Under the pieces are notes generated by a model. The model saw nothing but the letters and a program-made list of their open reading frames with translations, had not been told where the DNA came from and searched no databases. From assembly GCA_038845975.1 (NCBI GenBank), contig JAWBQF010000003.1, forward strand, positions 64,001 through 128,000: DNA of 64,000 nt, written 5' to 3'. The DNA comes from Candidatus Methanomethylicia archaeon (lineage in GTDB: Archaea; Thermoproteota; Methanomethylicia; CALHIW01). A program made the translations under genes and the position numbers. Below, piece after piece: positions 54,571 to 64,000 of this stretch (positions are counted from its first letter, which is position 1; every line of letters begins with the position of its first letter).

Positions 54571-55266
54571 ATCTATTAGTATAAAATTTTGAAAAGCCCC
54601 ATCTTTGGGTTATTGGATATGGATGATATGAGAAAACTTTAATTGAGCTATATACAAGAGCCTTGCAGAATCTTGTATAAGGAGTAAATAGAGGAGCAGA
54701 GTGGAAAATCTTGAAAGACTTAAACCGTAAGGAGGAGACATAGATGCTACTGAAGTATATCAGTTCAAGCGGATCACGCATGGTACTCAGCTAGCCTACA
54801 TAGTATAGGAATATGCTGAGATCGCAGCTTATTCAGCCCTGAAACGGAATCGTTGAGGCTTTCAAGCAACACGGAAACCAAATAAAATGTAAACATCTAT
54901 CATATCTCCGTATGATGTTGAATGTTTGTATGATCTGAGATACCCTTTCCGCAAATATGAGCTAATCGCTGAGGAGAAGTTAAACCATACATAAACCAAG
55001 GAATCTAAATGAAGGATAGGGCTATGAATATGGAAAACATGGTATTTCATAGGGTGAATTCACATATATTCGATTGCTTTTACAAGCTACATTGGAAGTT
55101 TAAAGCAGAATGATATTTGCTTAAAAGCTTGTGGGAGAGTGATTGAAGTAGGATGAACAAGCCGTAAAGCAGATATCTTATCAAAATCATTTACTATAAC
55201 TTATATGGACAACTAGGAGGCTAAATTATATTTATTAGAGCATGTTTAATTATATTGGGTTAAATC

Positions 55267-55965
55267 TTGCTTATTCTTATTTTAGCTGAATCCGCTCTTG
55301 AAACTGTTCCAGACGAAATAGCTAATCATCCAGTTATTAGAAGGTACTCTAAAAAAAGAGGTAAGGATCCTAATTTGGTAATTCTCGATCGTTCATATCA
55401 TCATCGTGCAATGCTTAATCTTCCTAATGGATTTAAGAGGGGGAGACCTGATATAGTCCATTTTTCCCTACTTTCAGCTTTAGGAACGCCATTAGTAAGG
55501 GAGAAATTAATGGAAGTATATGTACATACCATAGCTAACTATGTAATCTATATTAATCCTGAAGTTAGAATTCCTAGAAATTATCTACGCTTTATAGGGT
55601 TAATGGAGCAGCTATTCCAGTATGGAATGGTCCCGCCAAACAGTAAGAATCCCCTCATGAGAGCTGCAAGGAAAAATCTTAGAGACTTACTATATGAACT
55701 AAATCCCAACTATACCGTAGCATTTACAAGAAGAGGTATTGCTCAAACTTTAGAGGACGCTATGTCCAGAATTATGAGTAGAGGAAAGATTGCCGTTCTA
55801 GTAGGCGGTTTCCCTCATGGTGGATTCTCCGAGGAAACATTAAGACTTGTAGATGAGACTATATGTATCGATCCTGAAACTCTTGATGCTTGGACGGTTG
55901 TATCTAGAATAATTTATGAGTATGAAAGAATCAGTAATATTACTAAAAGAAGAATTAAATTATAG
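55267..55965 (+). CDS. nep1: 16S rRNA pseudouridine N1-methyltransferase Nep1/Emg1
   Basis: LAESALE, LDRSYH, RGRPDIVH, RIPRNYLRFIGLMEQL and VGGFPHG. Confidence 0.95.
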   Translation: MLILILAESALETVPDEIANHPVIRRYSKKRGKDPNLVILDRSYHHRAMLNLPNGFKRGRPDIVHFSLLSALGTPLVREKLMEVYVHTIANYVIYINPEVRIPRNYLRFIGLMEQLFQYGMVPPNSKNPLMRAARKNLRDLLYELNPNYTVAFTRRGIAQTLEDAMSRIMSRGKIAVLVGGFPHGGFSEETLRLVDETICIDPETLDAWTVVSRIIYEYERISNITKRRIKL

Positions 55966-56125
55966 AAACATAGGTTAAATTGTATTTTAAGAACGGTTTT
56001 AATCCATTTCAAGTTGTTTATCATTATAATTATTTCAGCTCTAACAAAAGTAGATATTTCAGCTAAATGAGAGCTACTATAGTTTAGTAGAAATAGATGA
56101 GTATTATATCGTCTTTTATATTAGT

Positions 56126-57730
56126 TTATGATAATATGCTTTCCATTATTTTCCCGGCTACTTCCTCAATTAGTGGTATGCCCGTAGCTTTAGAAGCTCT
56201 TTCAGATAATGCTACTAAATCGTTTCTATCAAGTAGATTAAGCTTCCACTTTCTTGCTCCAGCCATTAATTGCTGTAAGCCAATCCTGATCCTATCCATA
56301 TATGTATATAGGCCAACTGCTCCCCAAGGTATTTCTCTAAATCTCTCCTTGAATATGGCTTTTAAATCTGGAGCACTTATGAAGAATTTTTCAGGAGAAT
56401 TACCGTAAAGCTCTTCAAAGCTTCTTGGTAGTTTGCCCTTTTCAGCTAGCTCAGCGAAGTATGATGCCTTCATTACGGCAGTTAATGGTGCTCTACCCAT
56501 CAATATAGCTTTCACGTAAGGCCCATTACCGAAGTTGCTTAATGCGATTGATTTGAATATTTGTGTTTCATCAATGAATCCTCCAGCCATGACTATGTCA
56601 GGTATGTATTTACCTTTTCTTTTAAGGATTTCAGCACACTTTAAGACTTGTGCTTCAAGATAAACTGTTGGTGTACCCATTTCATTCATTTGCGGTACAG
56701 GACTCATTCCAGTACCGCCACCAGCTCCATCGAAAACAACATAGTCAATCTTGGCTTCAGAGGCAACCTTCATAGTGAAGGCTACAGCCTCCGGACTATA
56801 AGCTCCTGTTTTTAGGCTTATCTTCTTTGCTCCATGCTCTCTTAGCCACTCGATATCCTCAATAAATCCTCTCTCCGTAGGTATTCCAACACGGCTATGT
56901 CTCTCAAATGTTTTGAAGACTCCTTGCTTAAATGCCTCCTGAACTCCAGGATCTTCAGGATCAGGTATTACTATGTATCCTCTCTTCTTTAATAGAATAG
57001 CTTTCTGTAAATCATTTATTCTAACTTCTCCACCTATTGCTTTTGCTCCTTGTCCCCATTTTCTTTCAATAACGTTTACTTCAAGTCTTGATATTGCATA
57101 GATATCTACTCCAAGTCTTTGATCCTCAACATTTGTTTGAACAGCTATATCTCCATATTTTCCATCCCAGAATTTCCGGAAGGCCTCAACTCTTCTCTTA
57201 AGTTCTGATGAATGAACAACTTTACCGTTTTCAATTCTTGATTCGGGATCCATTCCACATACATTCTCCCCTATAGTAACTATTATTCCGGATAGTGCTC
57301 CACCAATTGCTAATCCATCCCAATTCAGTCTTGCTACCTCAGTAGAGCCGTAAGCACCTATTATTATCGGTATTTTAAGAGGAATACCTCCAACCTCAGT
57401 TTCTACATTAACATTTGGGAAAATAGCTACATCAGGATTCTCATCTATACCTATTACACCTAAAAGTCTAGATTGAATATTGAAGTGGGACCAATCCAAA
57501 CCATAATCTTTCAGGGATCCTGCTGTACTATTCCCGAACATGCTTGGATCTGGATAGAGAGCTTCTCTTCCCCTAAATGCTGAGAGCGAAACCATACATA
57601 TAACTGGGCATCCCTTAATACATATCGGGCATAAACCGCTAATTGGGCAAACATCTTCAACTCTTGTTCTTGTTCCGGTTGTAGACATAGCATTTAAATA
57701 TGAGGAATTTCTATGAATAGGGCCAGGCAT
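56126..57730 (-). CDS. FMN-binding glutamate-synthase-family protein
   Basis: N-terminal Cys cluster, GENVCG, KWGQGAK, DGAGGGTGMSP and MAGG. Confidence 0.9.
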   Translation of the reverse strand: MPGPIHRNSSYLNAMSTTGTRTRVEDVCPISGLCPICIKGCPVICMVSLSAFRGREALYPDPSMFGNSTAGSLKDYGLDWSHFNIQSRLLGVIGIDENPDVAIFPNVNVETEVGGIPLKIPIIIGAYGSTEVARLNWDGLAIGGALSGIIVTIGENVCGMDPESRIENGKVVHSSELKRRVEAFRKFWDGKYGDIAVQTNVEDQRLGVDIYAISRLEVNVIERKWGQGAKAIGGEVRINDLQKAILLKKRGYIVIPDPEDPGVQEAFKQGVFKTFERHSRVGIPTERGFIEDIEWLREHGAKKISLKTGAYSPEAVAFTMKVASEAKIDYVVFDGAGGGTGMSPVPQMNEMGTPTVYLEAQVLKCAEILKRKGKYIPDIVMAGGFIDETQIFKSIALSNFGNGPYVKAILMGRAPLTAVMKASYFAELAEKGKLPRSFEELYGNSPEKFFISAPDLKAIFKERFREIPWGAVGLYTYMDRIRIGLQQLMAGARKWKLNLLDRNDLVALSERASKATGIPLIEEVAGKIMESILS

Positions 57731-57830
57731 TTCATCACCAAATCTATATTAGGTGTATGAGTAGCTTATTGCCTAAATATAAATTTTTCGGTAAGATGAA
57801 TCTGGAGCCCATATTTACCACTAACAATTA

Positions 57831-57866
57831 GGTGCCGGTTACCGGTTGCCGTATATAAGTTTTTCT
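57831..57866 (-). promoter_or_regulatory. GC-rich palindrome abutting a distal BRE/TATA upstream of the glutamate-synthase-like gene
   Basis: CCGGT-T-ACCGG (57835-57845); GAAAAACTTATATAC on minus; a second, proximal TATA at ~57772-57791. Confidence 0.35.
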
Positions 57867-58392
57867 ACAAAACAATATTCCGTTTTTCAAACTAACTGCC
57901 TCAAATTATAGAAGTTTCATGCATTTATAATTTACTATATTAAGAGTTCTTCGAATAATCTCACATAGAATTAGGACGAAAAAGAAACCAATTCAATAGA
58001 ATTAATTCTTTAACAGCTTTATAGCTTAATTTAGTGTTATAATTTATAAGTTTTGATTACAGCTTAACTATAAGGCTTCCAAGCTATACTACCATTACTA
58101 AATCATGTAGATCAAACCATAATGTTAGAACCCTCTATTATAAGTTAACTAAAATAAGTAATGAAGTGAAAACTTAAATCAACTATTAGCAACATATACT
58201 ACCAGATTTACCATCTATTCTATAGATGCTAAATAACTTATATAATACTTAACCTAACCAAAACTTTAATACTACAAATTCCAACACACACATCATGAGT
58301 TTCTAAGATTAACAGAGCTTATTAGCTGTAAACTAGGTATAGGTATATGGATGCTTATAAGCTTATAGTAGGTATGGTTAGTTTACATAGTT

Positions 58393-58617
58393 CTAAACTG
58401 CTTTCCATCTTTCCCTTTCTAAATCTATTTTCTTCTTAATGGCTTTCTTAACAGCTTTATAATGCTTCTCACATAGATATATATTTCTCCCTCCACTCTT
58501 AAATTGAAACCCTACATTGGATGGTATGCTTTTTAAAGATACTGACTTAACGGCCCGATCAGTACAGTTATGAATAGAGCATTCAACCCCCTTTCCAACC
58601 TTCCCCATCAAGACCAC
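58393..58617 (-). CDS. Small conserved archaeal Zn-binding hypothetical protein
   Basis: CSIHNC...YLCEKH; TATA 25 nt upstream. Confidence 0.7.
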   Translation of the reverse strand: MVLMGKVGKGVECSIHNCTDRAVKSVSLKSIPSNVGFQFKSGGRNIYLCEKHYKAVKKAIKKKIDLERERWKAV

Positions 58618-58665
58618 TATAACCTAAATAGTACTGAATTATTTAAGCTTACCTACAGGTTACTA

Positions 58666-58836
58666 TGCTTTGTGGACTTAAGTATGTTTATTACCTTCTA
58701 AGCTAATCCAGGGAAATAGGTTAATAAAACCTACAAACATGAATGATATCCTCATCCTATTAAAGAACCCTAGTTATCAATCATGCTTAATATAGGATAA
58801 AAATACTCCTACCTAAACTTCTAAAGTTGACAGGCA
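58666..58836 (-). mobile_element. ~170-bp MITE derived from the IS6 element (inverted orientation)
   Basis: TGCTTTGTGGACTTAAGTATGTTTATTACC matches the reverse complement of the right end; CTAAAGTTGACAGGC matches the reverse complement of the left end. Confidence 0.6.
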
Positions 58837-58879
58837 ACAATACCTATTAGTAATTGGTATCCTATAACTATTTGGAGTA

Positions 58880-60823
58880 CTAGCTGTACGGCTCCATCCT
58901 AACCAATGTTGAGTTAAAGCTTGATCCTCCACCTAGTATTTGAGGCTTATCTGATGTTATAGTGTTTTGAGGTTTACCATTAACTCCTATACAGAGCCGT
59001 GGAGACCATAATGTACCTTTTAAAACTTTATTTGTTACTATTGCTTTAAGTATTACTTCACCTTTATCATTACATAGTTTAACCAGCTTCTGATCTTTAA
59101 CTCCATGTTTTTCAGCATCTTCAGGATTTATCCATACAGTAGCTGGTATTGCCCCGTAAACGTCTTGGAATTGGCTGTGAGTATATTTTGAGTAAGCACT
59201 CGTAATAAGTGTAAGATATCCCCTTTTGGTAGGAATTGGTTTTTGCATTGGAATTGGAGAAATATTGTATTTTTCTGCTTTTGTAGAGTAGATTTCAATT
59301 TTACCTGTAGGTGTTTGATAGATTTCTTTAGGTTTTGCTTTTAGTTTTAATGTTTCTCCTCTAAAAAGATTGTCTAGTACCTCATTTTCAAAGGCGTTTA
59401 TTAAAGCTTTTTTAAGAGCGTTAAGAGGATCTTCATAAAGCCACCATTTCCTTAAGTTAAGTTTCTCTGATAGCTTCCCAGTAACCCATAGTTCATCTCT
59501 ACTCTCACCTAGAGGCTCTAAAACATTTCTATATAGTTTAACATAGTTATGGCTGTAGGGTATAACTAAATCTTTCTTTTCTAGGAATGTTGGAGCTGGT
59601 AATACTATATCAGCGTATTCTGTAGTTTCACTCCAATGTGTTTCATGAACTACTGTAAATACATCATTTCTAGCTAGTCCCCTTCTAACTGCTTGCTGAT
59701 TTGGTAGTGATGCTAGTGGATTCATGTTGTGGATCCAGATAAATTTGAATTTTCCTCTCTCTAATAATCTACCCAATGCTACTTGGCTAACTGTATATGG
59801 TTTTCTATGAGTTAATTTTTCACCTGTTAAGTATGGTAGGTCGACGCTCCATCCATCACTATTAGTATAGTAAAATCCCCGATGAATACCTATTAATGCA
59901 GGTAGTAGGGATACTGCTCTAACAGCCTCCCACCCATGAATACTTTTCTGTAGCCCTATCCCAATCATGATCACGCTAGGCTTTAAAGATCCATAGATTT
60001 CACCGAACTCTCTAATAATACTCCACGGCACTCCAGTTGTTTCCTCGATTTCCTCTTCACTCCACTTTAAAACTTCATTTTTAAAGTATTGGTAGCCATA
60101 AGTGTATTTATCTATGAATTCATGATCTATATGATTCTTCTCTATTAAGTATTTAGCTACCCCATAAGCTAATGCTACGTCAGAGCCTGGTTTAGGCTGA
60201 ATCCATAAATTAGCATTAGCAGCAGTTTCACTAAGTCTAGGATCTACTACAATTATTTTAGATTTACTTCTTAATGTTTTAAGCAATAGATGTGGAGCAC
60301 TTACAGCAGCATTAAACCCCCAGTAAATAGTAAGCTTCATATTTACTAGTTCATCTGGAAGTACTCCATAGCTAAGTCCATAATGCATCTTTAAAGCTTC
60401 ACGTCCAGACTTACTACATATACTGTAGTCAGTTCTTGATGCTCCTAAAGCATACCATAATCTCTGAGGCATATACCATGTTAGAACCCCCATGTTACCA
60501 GCATAATTGATATGTAATACAGCTTTAGATCCATAGTTTTCAATGGTGTTTCTTAGCTTTTCAACTATAAGATTTAAGCCGTAGTCCCATGATATACGTT
60601 TAAATAGTTTACTTGGCTTTTCACCAGTACGTAGATATGGGTATAGTATTCTGCTTACACTATGTGTCCTCTTAGGATCTGCATAGCCTCTAGGGCAAAG
60701 TATACCTTCAGTAATAGGGTTCTCAAAACTTCCCTTAACCTCCCTAATAATATTATTCTCTACATATACCTTCATGAAGCATGTATCATAACAATCCCTA
60801 GAGCAGACGCTATCTACAATCAT
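58880..60823 (-). CDS. Molybdopterin/tungstopterin (DMSO-reductase family) oxidoreductase
   Basis: CSRDCYDTC..C Fe-S motif, VVDPR, PGSDVAL, ADIVLPA and INPEDA. Confidence 0.92.
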   Translation of the reverse strand: MIVDSVCSRDCYDTCFMKVYVENNIIREVKGSFENPITEGILCPRGYADPKRTHSVSRILYPYLRTGEKPSKLFKRISWDYGLNLIVEKLRNTIENYGSKAVLHINYAGNMGVLTWYMPQRLWYALGASRTDYSICSKSGREALKMHYGLSYGVLPDELVNMKLTIYWGFNAAVSAPHLLLKTLRSKSKIIVVDPRLSETAANANLWIQPKPGSDVALAYGVAKYLIEKNHIDHEFIDKYTYGYQYFKNEVLKWSEEEIEETTGVPWSIIREFGEIYGSLKPSVIMIGIGLQKSIHGWEAVRAVSLLPALIGIHRGFYYTNSDGWSVDLPYLTGEKLTHRKPYTVSQVALGRLLERGKFKFIWIHNMNPLASLPNQQAVRRGLARNDVFTVVHETHWSETTEYADIVLPAPTFLEKKDLVIPYSHNYVKLYRNVLEPLGESRDELWVTGKLSEKLNLRKWWLYEDPLNALKKALINAFENEVLDNLFRGETLKLKAKPKEIYQTPTGKIEIYSTKAEKYNISPIPMQKPIPTKRGYLTLITSAYSKYTHSQFQDVYGAIPATVWINPEDAEKHGVKDQKLVKLCNDKGEVILKAIVTNKVLKGTLWSPRLCIGVNGKPQNTITSDKPQILGGGSSFNSTLVRMEPYS

Positions 60824-60853
60824 TAATACACCGAAATCTAGATTAATGTAAAT

Positions 60854-61754
60854 ACCCTAGTTCCCACCAAATAAAGTTTATGTTTTTTGATTGATGCCTT
60901 ATAGGTATGGGACTTGGAGATGGCTATAGGAAAAAGAGGCTGATTTCATAAGGTCCGTTATATTGCCTAAGATGGAGGGATGCTATTCCTCTAAGGCTAA
61001 TAGGGAGAAAATGAGCCTATATGACCTCGTAGCCTTCGCTGTGTCGGCTCATAAACATTTTGGAGGGGTCTATAAGAGGGCTTACAGGCTCCTCATAGAG
61101 GAGCTTAAGACCTTTCCTAAGATAAGGTATAATAAGCTTGTTGAGAGGCTGAATAGGTGGGGCTACTGATTAAATGCCTGAGGCTTTTCAAGCTTAATGG
61201 GCTGATAATAGTTGATTCTAAGCCTATTGAGACGAAGAGTCTGGCTAGGTTTGGTAGGCATGCGAAGAGTAGCAGGTTAGCCTTAATTAGGGGAAGCATA
61301 GGCTTCAACCCATTAAAGGGGGTTCTACGTAGGCTAAAGGCTACGTGCTGCACTGATAGCAGGTATATGAGTCTCTTATACGTTGACCAGCAAACAAGCA
61401 TGACCTAGTTGTCATAAAGGAGAACAGGGCTGAATTCGCTAAAAGATTTAAAGGTTGTCCTGCTTGATAAGGCTTATGTAGATGGGCAGTTTGAGGAGGA
61501 TATGAGGATGAATGGGGTGGGTTACATAGCGATAAAGAGGGATAACATGATTAAAGGCGAGGTGGAAAGACTCAGCTACAGGATTCTATCAAGAGTGAGG
61601 AGGATGATAGAGACTCACTTCTATTAGCTTGAGAAGCTTGGACTTAGGTTTATGAGAGCCGTCTCAAAGAGAGGCTTAGCGGTCAAGGTCATCTTAGCCA
61701 TACTAGCCTTCAACATATACTACACGTGGAAGGGAATTTGATGGGAACTAGGGT
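60854..61754 (+). mobile_element. IS982-family element, transposase frameshifted
   Basis: TIR ACCCTAGTTCCCA(C/T)CAAAT; 10-bp target duplication TAATGTAAAT; DDE relics IIVDSKPI, LDKAY and RRMIET. Confidence 0.88.
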
Positions 61755-61834
61755 TAATGTAAATAATTGTTTCGGTTTTCTCATGTATTTTAATTCTAAA
61801 GCTCCATCATCTTATTAGTTCCAGTCATATTATG

Positions 61835-62380
61835 CTAATTAATGGTTTTAGTATATAGTTTAAGATTTGTATTTAGTCGTGGTATAAGAGCCATTATAGT
61901 ACCGTAATATGTTAAATCTCTTCTAAGCACAGTATTTCCTGTTAGTAAGCTTATAAATCCTCCCTTTTCACCTATATTTCTAGTTCCATATATTTCGTCA
62001 ACAACGGATTCAAGCTCATCAGCTTCACCTTTAACTATTTTCTCAACAATAAATAATGGAACCTCGAAGGATGGGCTTAAACCATAGGTAAACCATCCAT
62101 TACGATCAACTATAGCTACAACCTGAACGTCAAACCATCTATCATTAACACTATATATGCCTGCCTCAACGCCAACACCATGATCAGCATTAGTCACTCT
62201 AATAGCATTTACAGCTCTACTTATAGCTCCTTTAAATATCATATCTAAACCGAAGGGCTGACGTGGTACATTAGACGAGGCTTTAAGAGACTTAAACTCA
62301 ACATCAGCAAAAAACTTTAGGTAAGCCTTTCTAATACCCTTAATTTTAGATTTATTCACACTACCAATAGCAACAATCAT
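61835..62380 (-). CDS. Inosine/xanthosine triphosphatase (YjjX family)
   Basis: GSVNKSK, QPFG, GAISRA, GVEAGI and GFISLLT. Confidence 0.9.
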   Translation of the reverse strand: MIVAIGSVNKSKIKGIRKAYLKFFADVEFKSLKASSNVPRQPFGLDMIFKGAISRAVNAIRVTNADHGVGVEAGIYSVNDRWFDVQVVAIVDRNGWFTYGLSPSFEVPLFIVEKIVKGEADELESVVDEIYGTRNIGEKGGFISLLTGNTVLRRDLTYYGTIMALIPRLNTNLKLYTKTIN

Positions 62381-62526
62381 GAGTAAACAAATCTTAAAAC
62401 CATATATTTTTAATGGTGTTATGTATTCTAACTAGCATGTCATGAAACATATAGAAAATATTGCGTATTACTACTAAGTATACTAAGATGTTACGTCCAA
62501 TATGTTAATCGAAACATTTAAATTGC

Positions 62527-63642
62527 TTGAGTAATTTTACCCGTATGGAGTTTGGAACTGTTGCCTCAACTTTTCCACCTATATCTGATGCGTCTAGAAC
62601 TGTGAAAAGAGTTGAGGAGAAGGGTTATGATTCGGTATGGTTTCCAGATCATTTAATGGGTTGGTATCCGCATGACTTATGGATGGAGATGCCCTTCGCT
62701 TTAAGATATCCTTCATGCCATATGTTTTACGATGCTTTCTGTTCTCTATGTTATGTAGCTCCATTAACTGAAAGGATTAAGCTCGGAATAAGTGTTACAG
62801 AGGTTTTTAGAAGACATCCAGCAGTACTATTACAGCAAGCTGTAACCGCAAATCACGCATCTAATGGTAGATTTATTTTAGGTATTGGAGCAGGTGAAGC
62901 TGAAAACATAGTTCCTTACGGCATCGAGTTTAAGAATCCAGTCTCCAGGCTTGAGGAAGCTCTTAAACTAATTAATATCATGCTCAAAAGCAACTACGGT
63001 GAAAAAATAAATTTTAACGGTAAATTCTATAGGTTTAAGGATGCTGTCTTCGATATCAAGCCAATAAGTAAAATACCTATATGGATTGGTGCTCATGGAG
63101 ATAAAATGTTGAGAATAACTGCAAAATATGCTGATGGATGGATACCTACAAACATGCCTCTGGACATCTATAGGGAGAAACTTAAAAAACTTGAATTATA
63201 TGCTAAAGAGGAAGGTAGGGATCCATCCGAGATAAGGAAGGCTATGTTCACACATTTAGTTATAGATGAGAGGAGAGAGGATGTGGAAAACCTTCTTAAA
63301 AAACCCGCCCTGAAGATATACTCTCTGCTAATGTCTTCAGAGCTCTACGAGATGTTAGGTTATAAGCATCCATTCGGTAAATTTTATGGATTAACCGATT
63401 ACATACCTACAAGGTATACGAAGAATCAGATAATAAATGCATTAGAGAAAATACCTATAGAAATAGTTAGAAAGACATTTATATGCGGAACTGTTGAGGA
63501 TGTAGTTCAAGAGCTAGATAAATATGCAAATATAGGTGTAGAACATATAGTAATATGGAATTTAACATACTTTGGAGATCCATCGAAAATAAAATCATCA
63601 TATAATTTAATCGATGAAGTAGTAAAACATTTTAAATCGTAA
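62527..63642 (+). CDS. LLM-class (luciferase-like, probably F420-dependent) oxidoreductase
   Basis: SVWFPDHL, RRHPAVL, GRFILGIGAGE, IWIGAHG and ADGW. Confidence 0.88.
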   Translation: MSNFTRMEFGTVASTFPPISDASRTVKRVEEKGYDSVWFPDHLMGWYPHDLWMEMPFALRYPSCHMFYDAFCSLCYVAPLTERIKLGISVTEVFRRHPAVLLQQAVTANHASNGRFILGIGAGEAENIVPYGIEFKNPVSRLEEALKLINIMLKSNYGEKINFNGKFYRFKDAVFDIKPISKIPIWIGAHGDKMLRITAKYADGWIPTNMPLDIYREKLKKLELYAKEEGRDPSEIRKAMFTHLVIDERREDVENLLKKPALKIYSLLMSSELYEMLGYKHPFGKFYGLTDYIPTRYTKNQIINALEKIPIEIVRKTFICGTVEDVVQELDKYANIGVEHIVIWNLTYFGDPSKIKSSYNLIDEVVKHFKS

Positions 63643-64000
63643 AACCTAACAGCAATAATAGTAATAATACATAAGAATATCTAAGGCCATATATGGAAAA
63701 TATAACATCATAATGATTAGAGTAAATGTATTTTCCCCAATAAATCTAATAACCTCAGCCATACTGCTATTATAAATGGGGAACCGAATAAGGCGATGAG
63801 CTCAAGACGAATAGCTTATTTATAATGTCGTAGTAGCTGTAGGAAAGATGATGGGTAGCTGAGAACTGGAAATAATAGTTTAAACGATAATCCTCTCCTA
63901 AATATATCAAGTTATTCGTTGAAGATAATAAAATTCGAAGTACCTATTATAGCTATTAGTTATGAAGCAATGAATACGGTATTCTTAATGAGAAGATATA

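Noticed and set aside
54590-55180. Coding-like relic after IS6 copy D (ORFs 54560-54781 and 54862-55050)
   Set aside because: Multiple stops in all frames and no recognisable family.
3219-57693. Many short ORFs antisense to real genes (e.g. 3219, 8431, 11474, 11885, 15640, 18978, 41388, 51342, 56097)
   Set aside because: Shadow frames of well-supported genes, with no motifs of their own.
58050-58319. Further inverted IS6-like relic ending CTAAGATTAACAGAGCT
   Set aside because: Only one degenerate end is visible; the interior could not be aligned with confidence.
1-64000. CRISPR array, cas genes or rRNA
   Set aside because: No regularly spaced 24-40-bp repeats, Cas motifs or rRNA-like tract seen.

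Overview
AT-rich archaeal chromosome segment, probably from a TACK-lineage thermophile. The evidence is BRE/TATA promoters, PaREP1, a CdvA-like protein, Nep1, SmsCB, a non-pyrrolysine MttB and Fae; the taxon is an inference. It carries housekeeping and metabolic genes (panB, ttuA, ade, trpDC-E'-BA, sufCB, hisS, nep1, mscL, tRNA-Arg-TCG) mixed with many decaying pseudogenes. There is a dense population of dead IS6-family elements and MITEs plus one IS982 element. No CRISPR array or rRNA was seen. Two signals stand out that the gene list does not explain. (1) IS6-type ends sit exactly 18 nt upstream of the TATA hexamer of five different genes, which suggests promoter (TBP/TFB)-guided transposition. 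(2) A 159-nt near-perfect rod-like fold-back (35373-35531) has a GAAA tetraloop, strand-biased G-U pairs and a TATA box at the right distance, making it a candidate unannotated structured RNA. Also notable are an arrestin-fold/SPFH-zinc-ribbon gene cluster with YdjG-like partners and a MenA-like prenyltransferase coupled to a SPASM radical SAM enzyme. All calls were made by eye from motifs; no database search was run.
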